Source of the DNA: Reyranella sp.
GTDB taxonomy: Bacteria; Pseudomonadota; Alphaproteobacteria; Reyranellales; Reyranellaceae
DNA: 36,066 nucleotides
Direction of reading: 5' to 3'
Assembly: GCA_035279245.1 (NCBI GenBank)
Contig: DATEID010000329.1
Location: 1-36,066 of the forward strand
Each line of letters opens with the position of its first letter. Position 1 is the stretch's first letter. Positions 28,421 to 36,066 of this stretch are shown here, one piece after another. The position numbers were made by a program, and so were the translations under genes. The notes beneath the pieces were generated by a model. That model had not been told where the DNA came from. It was given only the letters and a program-made list of their open reading frames with translations, and searched no databases.

Positions 28421-28480
28421 GTTCCCTCGAACGTTTGCCTTGCCGGAACCTATCAGGGAACATAGCGGCGGCTTCCGGCA
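28419..28480 (-). promoter_or_regulatory. Candidate 5'-UTR pseudoknot occluding the SD/AUG of the binding-protein gene
   Basis: Perfect 9-bp stem (28419-28427 with 28455-28463) interleaved with a perfect 8-bp stem (28441-28448 with 28473-28480). Confidence 0.3.
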
Positions 28481-28668
28481 TGTCCGGCTTCATTACCGAC
28501 AGTGAAATGGATTCCCAACCGTTCGAGAGTCGCAACTCGATCTCGGCATTGAAGTGGACGGTCGTGCCGGATGCCTCTGGATGCCCCAGTCGGCGCGCGC
28601 CTTGCGGAAGGCGGACGCTAACGAAATCGACCGTTCGTCTGCCGTGCTCTCTCTGTTCTCATTCAGAG

Positions 28669-28755
28669 TGGTGCCCCCGGTCGGACTCGAACCAACACTT
28701 CCGTGAGGAAACCTGATTTTGAGTCAGGCGCGTCTACCAATTCCGCCACGGGGGC
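28669..28755 (-). tRNA. tRNA-Leu (anticodon CAA)
   Basis: GCCCCCG acceptor stem, D-loop GGCGGAATTGGTAGACGC, anticodon arm CCTGA-CTCAAAA-TCAGG, long variable arm, GGTTCGAGTCC T-loop and encoded CCA end (87 nt). Confidence 0.97.
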
Positions 28756-29109
28756 ACGCTACCGAGCGGCCGGAATAAAGCCGAAGGACCGGGCTCGGTC
28801 AATCGACCGACAGGGGCTTTTCCGGATGAGAAACGCCGTGACAAATGAGAGGCTTCGACGACAAGGCCCGCACGCTCCGCCGATCCGACTTCGGTCTTTG
28901 GTCTGTCGAACCTCGATAATTGACCAACGAAACAGGCATTTTCTGGCCTTTCGGCGCCGTCGACACGAAGTGGCTCGGGCCGATCGCGATGACGACGTCG
29001 GCAATCGGAGAAGGGCGACCGATGCGTGAATCTTCTCAAAACCTGTCTATACTTTCGGCGTGGTTCACGCCCATTGGGGTGCGGCGTGAGTGGGAAGGAC
29101 GACTGGGTC

Positions 29110-29538
29110 ATGCAAGCGGAGGACAGCGCTGCGGCACGCAGCGAGAGCCTTGCGCGCTTCGCCGATGAGTTGAGTGCGCATCGTTACCTGGAAGGCATCC
29201 TTTGGCCGGACGGCGCAACCTGCCCGAGATGCGGCACGCAGGGGCGAATCGGTCGACTCGACGGGGCGTCGACGCGGCTGGGCGCCTACAAGTGCTACGC
29301 CTGCCGTCGCACGTTCTCGCTCACCCACGGCACGATCTTCAGCTCGAGCCATGTGCCGCTGCACAAATGGCTGCAGGCCATCTACCTGACGGACGGTGGA
29401 AAGAAGCCCATCCGGCCGCACCATCTGCAGCGCATCCTGAACGTCTCGTTCAAGACGGCGGCCACGATGCTGCGCCGCCTCGAAAACGCGGCGGCGAGCC
29501 AGGGTCCCGGGCGACCGCCCTGGCCGTCCGAGTCGTAG
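29110..29538 (+). CDS. IS1595-family transposase N-terminal module only (Zn ribbon + HTH, no DDE domain)
   Basis: YLEGILWPDGATCPRCG...YKCYACRRTFSLTHGTIFSSSHVPLHKWLQAIYL...LQRILNVSFKTAATMLRRL, then a stop where the DDE domain would begin. No terminal repeats recognised. Confidence 0.8.
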   Translation: MQAEDSAAARSESLARFADELSAHRYLEGILWPDGATCPRCGTQGRIGRLDGASTRLGAYKCYACRRTFSLTHGTIFSSSHVPLHKWLQAIYLTDGGKKPIRPHHLQRILNVSFKTAATMLRRLENAAASQGPGRPPWPSES

Positions 29539-29539
29539 G

Positions 29540-30175
29540 CTACTGTCCGCCGAGCTCGGCGCGGAGCCGGGGCATCAATTCCGACAGCCCTCGATTTAGA
29601 AGACGCAGCTTTTCCCGAACCTCACGGAGCCTGTCCGCGCCGGCCTCACCCGCGAGGCCGTTGGTGAAGCCGCTGCGCAAGAACTCCTCGCGCGTCAGAT
29701 CGGCATCACGGACGCCGTCGAGGACTGCGCCCAGCGATTGGCGCAGCGAAGGATCGGCCAGTTTGACGGCGGCAAGGCGGCGGAGGAGCGCGAGCCGCGC
29801 ATCGGTCGTGCTCAGGACGGATTGGACGATGGCCGCCGACTTCTCGTCCGTCTCCAGAAGCAGCGTCAGCACATCGAGCAGCAGGCCCTCGTTGTCCGAC
29901 CAATCGATGACCAGTCGGCCGAGCCGTATCGTCAAAGCGTCCAACTTGCCGGAGGAAGATCGTATCGCCGACTTTTGACGATCTTGCTCCGGGGGCGGCG
30001 CGCCGTTGGACATGCCGTGATCCTGTCCGTTGTCGCCTCGCTTATGGCGGCGGATGAGGCTGCTTACGGCCTTGTCGAACCTGGCATTGTCCTCGTTACC
30101 CAGAGTGCCCCTGATCCGTTCCAGGAAGAGGGCGAACTGATCCTCGCTGTGACGTGACGGTCGCTTGCGCGACAT
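29540..30175 (-). CDS. Hypothetical all-alpha protein (possible degenerate HEPN-like fold)
   Basis: Amphipathic helical ORF with coding-like codon usage. Converges with the IS1595-like gene across a 1-bp gap. Start uncertain. Confidence 0.65.
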   Translation of the reverse strand: MSRKRPSRHSEDQFALFLERIRGTLGNEDNARFDKAVSSLIRRHKRGDNGQDHGMSNGAPPPEQDRQKSAIRSSSGKLDALTIRLGRLVIDWSDNEGLLLDVLTLLLETDEKSAAIVQSVLSTTDARLALLRRLAAVKLADPSLRQSLGAVLDGVRDADLTREEFLRSGFTNGLAGEAGADRLREVREKLRLLNRGLSELMPRLRAELGGQ

Positions 30176-30420
30176 GCTCGAAATCCCACACGCTTGTTGC
30201 CCCCGCCATGAACCTAGAAAGGAGGTTTCCTCCAGGTCAATTGATCGGCGGCCGATTGGACCTCTGGTCACCGATTGGACATGCAAGACGGCGACATTCT
30301 GCCTCGGCTGGGCAAGGTGGCGGCTTCCGTAGATCGAACGGGCGCCTGCTTGCCGGCCTTGCCCCGCTCCGGTCTTATGCGGCCCTCGATCGTGAACTGC
30401 CGCCCGGAGGAAGCGTTCAA

Positions 30421-31962
30421 GTGCACCCTTACGTCCACGCCAGGAAACACCCCGACAAGCCCGCCTATGTCATGGCCGCCAGTGGCGAGACGGTGACCTA
30501 TCGCCAGCTCGACGAGCAATCCAACCGCATCGCACAGCTTTTCCGGTCCCTCGGCCTGAGGGCCGGCGACCACATCGCGCTTTTCCTCGAGAACAATCCG
30601 CGCTTTTTCGAGATCTGCTGGGGCGCGCAGCGGTCGGGGCTGATCTACACGGCGATCAGCTCGCGCCTCACCGCCGCCGAGGTCGAGTACATCGTGAAGG
30701 ACTGCGGCGCCCGGCTGTTCATCACCTCGCGCTATCTGGCCGACAAGGCGGCCGAGCTGGCGCCGCTTCTGCGCGATGTCTCCAGCCGTTACATGATCGA
30801 CGGCGTCATCCCGGGCTACGAGTCCTGGGAGAAGGCGGTGGCAGGCCAGGCCGCGACCCGGATCGCCGATGAGACTGCGGGCCACGACATGCTCTATTCG
30901 TCCGGCACCACCGGGAGACCGAAGGGCGTGCTGCCGGTGGTCGAGCCGCAGCCGATCGACTTCGACAATCCCTTGCTGCAGATCACCAGCAAGCTCTACG
31001 GCATGGACGAGAATACGATCTACCTCTCGCCGGCGCCGCTCTATCACGCCGCTCCGCTGCGCTTCAACATGAGCGTCATGCGGCTCGGCGGCACTTCGAT
31101 CGTGATGGAGAACTTCGACGCCGAGGATTATCTACGGCTGGTCGAGAAGCATCGCGCGACCCACACGCAGGTCGTGCCGACGATGTTCGTGCGCTTCCTG
31201 AAGCTGCCGGACGAGGTGCGGCTGAGGCACGACGTCTCCTCGCTCGAATGCGCGATCCATGCCGCCGCGCCCTGCCCCATCCCGGTCAAGGAGAAGATGA
31301 TCGAATGGTGGGGGCCGATCATCTGGGAGTATTACGGCGGCACGGAGGGCAACGGCCTCACCATGTGCAACTCTGCCGAATGGCTGGCGCACAAGGGCAC
31401 GGTCGGCCGTGCGGTCGTCGGCAAACTCAGGATCTGCGACGATGCCGGAAACGAACTGCCGGCCGGCCAGCCGGGCACGATCTACTTCGCCGAAGGCCGC
31501 GCCTTCGAGTACCACAACGATCCGAAGAAGACCGCGGAGTCGCGCCATCCCAAAGGCTGGTCGACGCTGGGCGACGTGGGCTATGTCGACGCCGACGGCT
31601 TCCTGCATCTCACCGACCGCAAGGCCTTCATGATCATCTCCGGTGGGGTGAACATCTATCCGCAGGAGGCCGAGAACCTGCTGATCAATCATCCCAAGGT
31701 GATCGACTGCGCGGTGTTCGGCGTTCCCAACGCCGACTTCGGCGAGGAGGTCAAAGCGGTCGTGCAACCGCGCGACATGGCCGATGCGGGCCCGGCGCTG
31801 GCCGAGGAGCTGATCGCCTACTGCAAGGGGCATCTCTCGGCCATCAAATGTCCGCGCAGCATCGACTTCGAGGCGGAGCTGCCGCGCCATCCGACAGGCA
31901 AGCTCTACAAGCGCCTGCTGCGCGACCGCTACTGGCAGGGCCGCGAGAGCAAGATCGTATGA
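30421..31962 (+). CDS. Acyl-CoA synthetase (AMP-binding, long-chain-fatty-acid-CoA ligase-like)
   Basis: YSSGTTGRPKG, EYYGGTEG, TLGDVG, DRKAFMIISGGVNIYPQE and PTGKLYK. GTG 30421 after GGAGG. Confidence 0.95.
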   Translation: MHPYVHARKHPDKPAYVMAASGETVTYRQLDEQSNRIAQLFRSLGLRAGDHIALFLENNPRFFEICWGAQRSGLIYTAISSRLTAAEVEYIVKDCGARLFITSRYLADKAAELAPLLRDVSSRYMIDGVIPGYESWEKAVAGQAATRIADETAGHDMLYSSGTTGRPKGVLPVVEPQPIDFDNPLLQITSKLYGMDENTIYLSPAPLYHAAPLRFNMSVMRLGGTSIVMENFDAEDYLRLVEKHRATHTQVVPTMFVRFLKLPDEVRLRHDVSSLECAIHAAAPCPIPVKEKMIEWWGPIIWEYYGGTEGNGLTMCNSAEWLAHKGTVGRAVVGKLRICDDAGNELPAGQPGTIYFAEGRAFEYHNDPKKTAESRHPKGWSTLGDVGYVDADGFLHLTDRKAFMIISGGVNIYPQEAENLLINHPKVIDCAVFGVPNADFGEEVKAVVQPRDMADAGPALAEELIAYCKGHLSAIKCPRSIDFEAELPRHPTGKLYKRLLRDRYWQGRESKIV

Positions 31963-31969
31963 CCTCGAG

Positions 31970-32043
31970 GGACCGCGCCACTCCAGTGGCGCATCTTGCT
32001 TCGCCTTCGACGTCCCATGAGCGCCACTGGAGTGGCGCGGTCC
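31970..32043. repeat. REP/REPIN-like inverted doublet
   Basis: Perfect 23-bp inverted repeat GGACCGCGCCACTCCAGTGGCGC (31970-31992 / 32021-32043) with a 28-nt spacer. Each arm is itself an 8-bp palindrome. Confidence 0.85.
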
Positions 32044-32059
32044 AATGAAGGAGATCGCG

Positions 32060-33031
32060 ATGAAAGCAGCCGTCGTCACCGAGCAGGGCGTCCAGATCAA
32101 GGACGCGCCGAAGCCCTCCCCCAAAGCCAACGAGATCCTGATCAAGGTGAAGGCCGCTTCGCTCAACCGGGCCGATCTCGCGGTCGCGGCCGGCCATCGT
32201 CACGGCGCGGTCGGCGGGCCGGGAACGATCGTCGGCCTCGAATGTGCCGGCGAGGTCGAAGCGGTGGGCAGCGAGGTCAAGGACTTCAGGCCGGGTGACC
32301 GCGTCATGAGCTCGGCGGCCGGCGGCTTCGCCGAGTATGCCGTCGCCGACTCAGGACGCGCCCATAAGATCCCGGCCAACAACATGAGCTTCGAGCAAGC
32401 GGCCTGCATGCCGGTGGCGGTGCAGACGATGCACAATGCTCTGGCCGGCGCGGGACGGCTGAAGAAGGGCGAATCGGTCCTGATCCAGGGCGCCAGCTCC
32501 GGCGTCGGGCTGTTAGGCATGCAGATCGCCAAGCACCTCGGCGCCTCGATGGTCATGGGCACGTCGACCAACGATGCGCGCCGTGCCCGGCTCGAGGAGT
32601 TCGGCTGCGATCTCGCGCTCGATACGCGCGACCCGAAGTGGCCGGACAAGGTCAAGGAGGCGACCGGCGGCAAGGGCGTCGATCTGATCGTCGATCAGGT
32701 GTCGGGCGGCGTGATGAACCAGAACATGGAGGCGGCGGCGATCCTGGGTCGCATCGTCAATGTCGGCCGTCTGGGCGGCATGAAGGGCGAGTTCAACTTC
32801 GACCTGCATGCGCTGAAGCGCATCGACTATATCGGCGTCACCTTCCGCACGCGTACGCCGGAGGAGGTGCGCGCCATCGTGCAGGCCGCCCGCAAGGACC
32901 TCTGGCCGGCGATCGAGGCCGGCAAGCTCGCCCTGCCGATCGACCGGACCTTCCCGCTCGCCCAGGCGGCCGAGGCGCTTGCGCACATGAAGGCCAACGC
33001 CCATTTTGGGAAGATCGTCCTCGTTGTCTGA
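32060..33031 (+). CDS. Zn-independent MDR / NADPH:quinone oxidoreductase family
   Basis: SLNRAD, GLECAGEV, VLIQGASSGVG, GKGVDLIVD and HFGKIVL. SD AAGGAG before ATG 32060. Confidence 0.92.
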   Translation: MKAAVVTEQGVQIKDAPKPSPKANEILIKVKAASLNRADLAVAAGHRHGAVGGPGTIVGLECAGEVEAVGSEVKDFRPGDRVMSSAAGGFAEYAVADSGRAHKIPANNMSFEQAACMPVAVQTMHNALAGAGRLKKGESVLIQGASSGVGLLGMQIAKHLGASMVMGTSTNDARRARLEEFGCDLALDTRDPKWPDKVKEATGGKGVDLIVDQVSGGVMNQNMEAAAILGRIVNVGRLGGMKGEFNFDLHALKRIDYIGVTFRTRTPEEVRAIVQAARKDLWPAIEAGKLALPIDRTFPLAQAAEALAHMKANAHFGKIVLVV

Positions 33032-33045
33032 CAGCAGGTAATCCC

Positions 33046-34506
33046 ATGGCCCAAGGCATCAACCATCAGGGCATCAATCATCTCGCCACGGCCGACGGCC
33101 TCTTCTTCGGCAAAGGCGCGCTGGACCAGCGCAAGACGGAGAAGGCGGTCGACGAGGCGCTCAAGGGCTGCGACGACGGGGAGCTGTTCCTGGAGTATGT
33201 CCAGAGCGAAAGCCTCAGCTTCGACGACGGCAAGCTGAAGAGCGCGGCCTATGACACCACGCAGGGGTTCGGCCTGCGTGCCGTGTCGGGCGAGGCGACC
33301 GGCTTCGCCCATGCCTCGGCGCTCGACGAGAAGGCGCTGAAGCGCGCCGCCGACACGGTGAAGGCGGTACGTTCGGGCAAGTCCGGCAAGTCCGACGAAT
33401 CGCCCCATGGCACCAATCGGCTGCTCTACGCCGACGGCAATCCGATCGACGGCGAGGGCTTCGAGAAGAAGGTGAAGCTTCTGCAGGAGATCGACACTTA
33501 TGTGCGCGCCAAGGAGCCAAAGGCGCGGCAGGTCTCCATCTCGCTTTCGGGCTCGTGGCAGGTGGTCGAGATCGTGCGCGCCGGAGGGTGGCGCGCGGCC
33601 GACGTGCGGCCGCTGGTGCGGCTCAACGTGAGCGTGGTCTGCGGCGATGGCGCGCGCCTGGAAGCGGGCAGCACCGGCAGCGGCCGACGCGCCGCCTACG
33701 GCGACATCTTCCATCCCGACTATTGGAAGAAGGAGGCCGACGAGGCCATTCGCCAGGCGCTGGTGAACCTCGAATCGGTCGATGCACCCGCGGGCGAGAT
33801 GCCGGTCGTGTTGGGCGCCGGCTGGTCGGGGGTGCTGTGGCACGAGGCGGTCGGCCACGGTCTCGAAGGCGACTTCCACCGCAAGAAGACCTCCATGTTC
33901 ACCCATCTGATGGGTCAGATGGTGGCGTCGCCCGGCGTCACTGTGGTCGATGACGGCACGCTGGCCGACCGCCGCGGCTCGCTCACGATCGACGACGAGG
34001 GCACGCCGACGCAGCGCAACGTGCTGATCGAGAACGGCAAGCTGGTCGGCCTGATGCAGGACCGCATGAATGCCCGTCTGATGGGCCTGAAGCCCACGGG
34101 CAACGGTCGGCGCCAGAGCCATGCCCATGCCCCGATGCCGCGCATGACCAACACCTTCATGCTGGGCGGGACCGCGGATCCCAAGGAGATTGTCGCTTCG
34201 GTGAAGAAGGGCCTCTACGCCGCCAACTTCGGCGGCGGCCAGGTCGACATCGTCTCCGGCAAGTTCGTGTTCAGCGTGACCGAAGGTTATCTGATCGAGG
34301 ACGGCAAGATCACCCGCCCCGTGAAGGGCGCGACCCTGATCGGCGCCGGCTCCGAGGCCCTGACGCGCGTCGGCATGGTCGGCAACGATATGGCGCTCGA
34401 TCCCGGCATCGGCACCTGCGGCAAGGACGGTCAGGGTGTGCCGGTCGGCGTCGGCCAGCCGACTCTACGCATCGACGCGCTCACGGTTGGCGGCACGGCG
34501 ACCTAA
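33046..34506 (+). CDS. tldD: Metalloprotease TldD
   Basis: DDGELFLEY, DVRPLVRLNV, HEAVGHGLEGDF, DDEGTP, PRMTNT and C-terminal GTCGKDGQGVPVGVGQPT. ATG 33046. Confidence 0.95.
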   Translation: MAQGINHQGINHLATADGLFFGKGALDQRKTEKAVDEALKGCDDGELFLEYVQSESLSFDDGKLKSAAYDTTQGFGLRAVSGEATGFAHASALDEKALKRAADTVKAVRSGKSGKSDESPHGTNRLLYADGNPIDGEGFEKKVKLLQEIDTYVRAKEPKARQVSISLSGSWQVVEIVRAGGWRAADVRPLVRLNVSVVCGDGARLEAGSTGSGRRAAYGDIFHPDYWKKEADEAIRQALVNLESVDAPAGEMPVVLGAGWSGVLWHEAVGHGLEGDFHRKKTSMFTHLMGQMVASPGVTVVDDGTLADRRGSLTIDDEGTPTQRNVLIENGKLVGLMQDRMNARLMGLKPTGNGRRQSHAHAPMPRMTNTFMLGGTADPKEIVASVKKGLYAANFGGGQVDIVSGKFVFSVTEGYLIEDGKITRPVKGATLIGAGSEALTRVGMVGNDMALDPGIGTCGKDGQGVPVGVGQPTLRIDALTVGGTAT

Positions 34507-34513
34507 CTCTCTC

Positions 34514-34641
34514 ACCTCTCCATCGCGGAGTCCGCGATGGGGAGGTGCCCGCGAAGCGGGCGGAGGGGTCATGAGCATCAGCTTTGACGCCTACGACCCC
34601 TCCGGCCCTTGCGGGCCACCTTCCCAGCAAAGCTGGGGAGG
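34514..34641. repeat. CIR/RIME-like mosaic palindromic intergenic element
   Basis: Four hairpins (34514-34546, 34547-34561, 34604-34617, 34619-34641) around a 10-bp stem CGGAGGGGTC/GACCCCTCCG. Lies between convergent genes and may also act as a terminator. Confidence 0.7.
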
Positions 34642-34707
34642 AAACGATTCAAGCAGGACGATGCTCCGTTGCTCCTCTTCCTTGCTGCGCAAGGGGAAGC
34701 AACACAT

Positions 34708-35694
34708 TCAAAGCGCATACAGCCCCTTCGACACCGCGAGGCTGACACACAGCGACTCGATGGCATCGAGGGTCGGCGTGTCGACGCCGGCGCTGCGGGC
34801 AAAGGCAAGCGGCGCCCGGATGATCGCTTCGACCTCCATCGGCCGGCCGAGTTCGTAGTCCTGCAGGATCGAGGGCCGGTGGTCGGGATAGACGCGCTTG
34901 GGGCCATATCGAACGTCGGGACTGTCGTCGAGCTTGACGCCGTGCGCAGCCGCGACGGCCAGCGCCTCGGCATGGGCGCGGCGCGCGATGCGGTTGACCA
35001 TGGGCGTCTTCTGGATGGTCGTCGGTTGGGCGAGGATCAGGCAAAGCGTCGAGCCTGTCAGGTTGGCCATCAACTTGTGCCAGATGTCGTAGCGGATATC
35101 GCGGGTGTCCGGCGACGCGATGCCCGCGGCCTTCAGCGTCTCCCGCAGCACCCGGATGCGCTCGCTTTGGCGATCGTCGGTCTCGCCGACCCAGAGCGTG
35201 TTGCGATCCGGCGAGATGTTGCGCACCACGCCGGGCTCGACGACATGATTCGATGACGTGACGACGGCCCCGATCGTACGCCCCAGGCCGACCGATCGTG
35301 CCAGCGCGCCCCCCGGATCGAGCCGCGACAGATCGGGGGCCGGTGGTCGCTCTGGTGAAAGGCCGTGGCCGTACCACCAGGGAATCCCGTTTTGCACGAA
35401 CGCAACGGACGTCTCGGGGCCCATCAACGGGCCGACCGCGTCGGCGAGCGCAGCCTGTCCGCAGGCCTTCATCGTCACCAGGATCGCGTCCTGCGGCCCG
35501 AGATCGGACGGCCGGTCGCTGGCCCGAACGCGAGCGACGATCTTGCGCTCCCCCGTCAGCAGCGTAAGGCCGTGCTGCCGGATGGCTTCGAGATGGGCAC
35601 CGCGGGCGATGACGGAAACGTCGTTGCCGGCGGCGGCGAGGCGCGCCGCGAAGTTGCCGCCGATCGCGCCGGCGCCGAAGACGCAGATCCGCAT
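34708..35694 (-). CDS. Ketopantoate reductase (PanE/ApbA) family protein
   Basis: VFGAGAIGG, ARGAHL, QNGIPWWY, IWHKL..N and SILQD...GRPMEVEAI. Confidence 0.92.
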   Translation of the reverse strand: MRICVFGAGAIGGNFAARLAAAGNDVSVIARGAHLEAIRQHGLTLLTGERKIVARVRASDRPSDLGPQDAILVTMKACGQAALADAVGPLMGPETSVAFVQNGIPWWYGHGLSPERPPAPDLSRLDPGGALARSVGLGRTIGAVVTSSNHVVEPGVVRNISPDRNTLWVGETDDRQSERIRVLRETLKAAGIASPDTRDIRYDIWHKLMANLTGSTLCLILAQPTTIQKTPMVNRIARRAHAEALAVAAAHGVKLDDSPDVRYGPKRVYPDHRPSILQDYELGRPMEVEAIIRAPLAFARSAGVDTPTLDAIESLCVSLAVSKGLYAL

Positions 35695-35709
35695 CGACCC
35701 TTCTCCGGA

Positions 35710-36066
35710 TTATCCCCGCGTCTCTGCCAACCGCAGGGACTCGATGAAGCGGACGGCGGCGCTGCGGGTCCGCATGTCGCTCTTGGCGGTCGCGAGCAGG
35801 CGATAAAGCCGGTCCTTTACGACGTATGTGCGCATCATCACGAACCCGCCATCTCCACCTTCGATATCGAGCGCATAGCCATCCCAGCCCTGCAGCGTGA
35901 CCAATTCGTCGCGCGTGTACTTGAACTTGTCCCTGGGGAAGGCCTTCTCGGCATCGCCGCGCCCCAGGTTCCGCGCCATTTCCTTGCTGTCGTGGCCGCT
36001 GAACCAGTTCGGTTCGTAGTCGACATAGTCGAAGTCGAATATCTGGTCGGCGAGCCTGGACTCCCA
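35710..36066 (-). CDS. Hypothetical protein, C-terminal part (N-terminus outside window)
   Basis: Frame stays open from the window end (WESRLADQIFDFDYVDYEPNWFSGHDSKEMARNLG...). C-terminal RLYRLLA...RFIESLRL pattern is reminiscent of PsbP/DcrB-like exported proteins. Confidence 0.7.
   Translation of the reverse strand, partial: WESRLADQIFDFDYVDYEPNWFSGHDSKEMARNLGRGDAEKAFPRDKFKYTRDELVTLQGWDGYALDIEGGDGGFVMMRTYVVKDRLYRLLATAKSDMRTRSAAVRFIESLRLAETRG

Noticed and set aside
29026-29538. Active IS1595 element
   Set aside because: No DDE catalytic domain, and no terminal inverted repeats or target duplication recognised.
33046-34506. TldD as part of a RiPP/microcin maturation cluster
   Set aside because: No precursor, YcaO or tldE nearby. 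The context is ordinary housekeeping genes.
31970-34641. CRISPR array
   Set aside because: The repeats are isolated inverted palindromes, not regularly spaced direct repeats, and no cas genes are present.

Overview
High-GC alphaproteobacterial chromosome segment (gene content resembles Reyranella and relatives; this is an inference) with four blocks. (1) 1-940: a partial RraA/HMG-aldolase gene, a LivF C-terminal remnant and a flavin reductase. (2) About 1.1-21.0 kb: a Wzx/Wzy-type surface polysaccharide locus with a WbaP-like priming transferase, Wzx, Wzy/O-antigen ligase, GT2, WecB/TagA, a beta-helix protein, a CDP-sugar cassette, AsnB and GMC tailoring enzymes, an internally duplicated Cys-rich hypothetical protein, a Crp/Fnr regulator and an atypical NarL-like regulator. 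An oriented GGATTACYCC / NarL-heptamer-like motif recurs upstream of most of its transcription units. (3) 21.0-28.4 kb: a tightly packed minus-strand catabolic operon downstream of tRNA-Leu(CAA), encoding a LivK-like binding protein, IclR, a GlcG-like haem protein, an ICL/PEP-mutase-family lyase, a LeuCD-like hydratase, an SDR and an LLM monooxygenase. I do not recognise this gene combination from a characterised pathway, and its leader can fold into a pseudoknot over the SD and AUG. (4) 28.7-36.1 kb: tRNA-Leu, an IS1595 Zn-ribbon/HTH gene lacking the catalytic domain, a hypothetical protein, then acyl-CoA synthetase, quinone oxidoreductase, tldD and a PanE-like gene, with two REP/CIR-like palindromic elements. 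No CRISPR array, rRNA or integrase was seen. All protein calls come from motif recognition by eye, not database searches.
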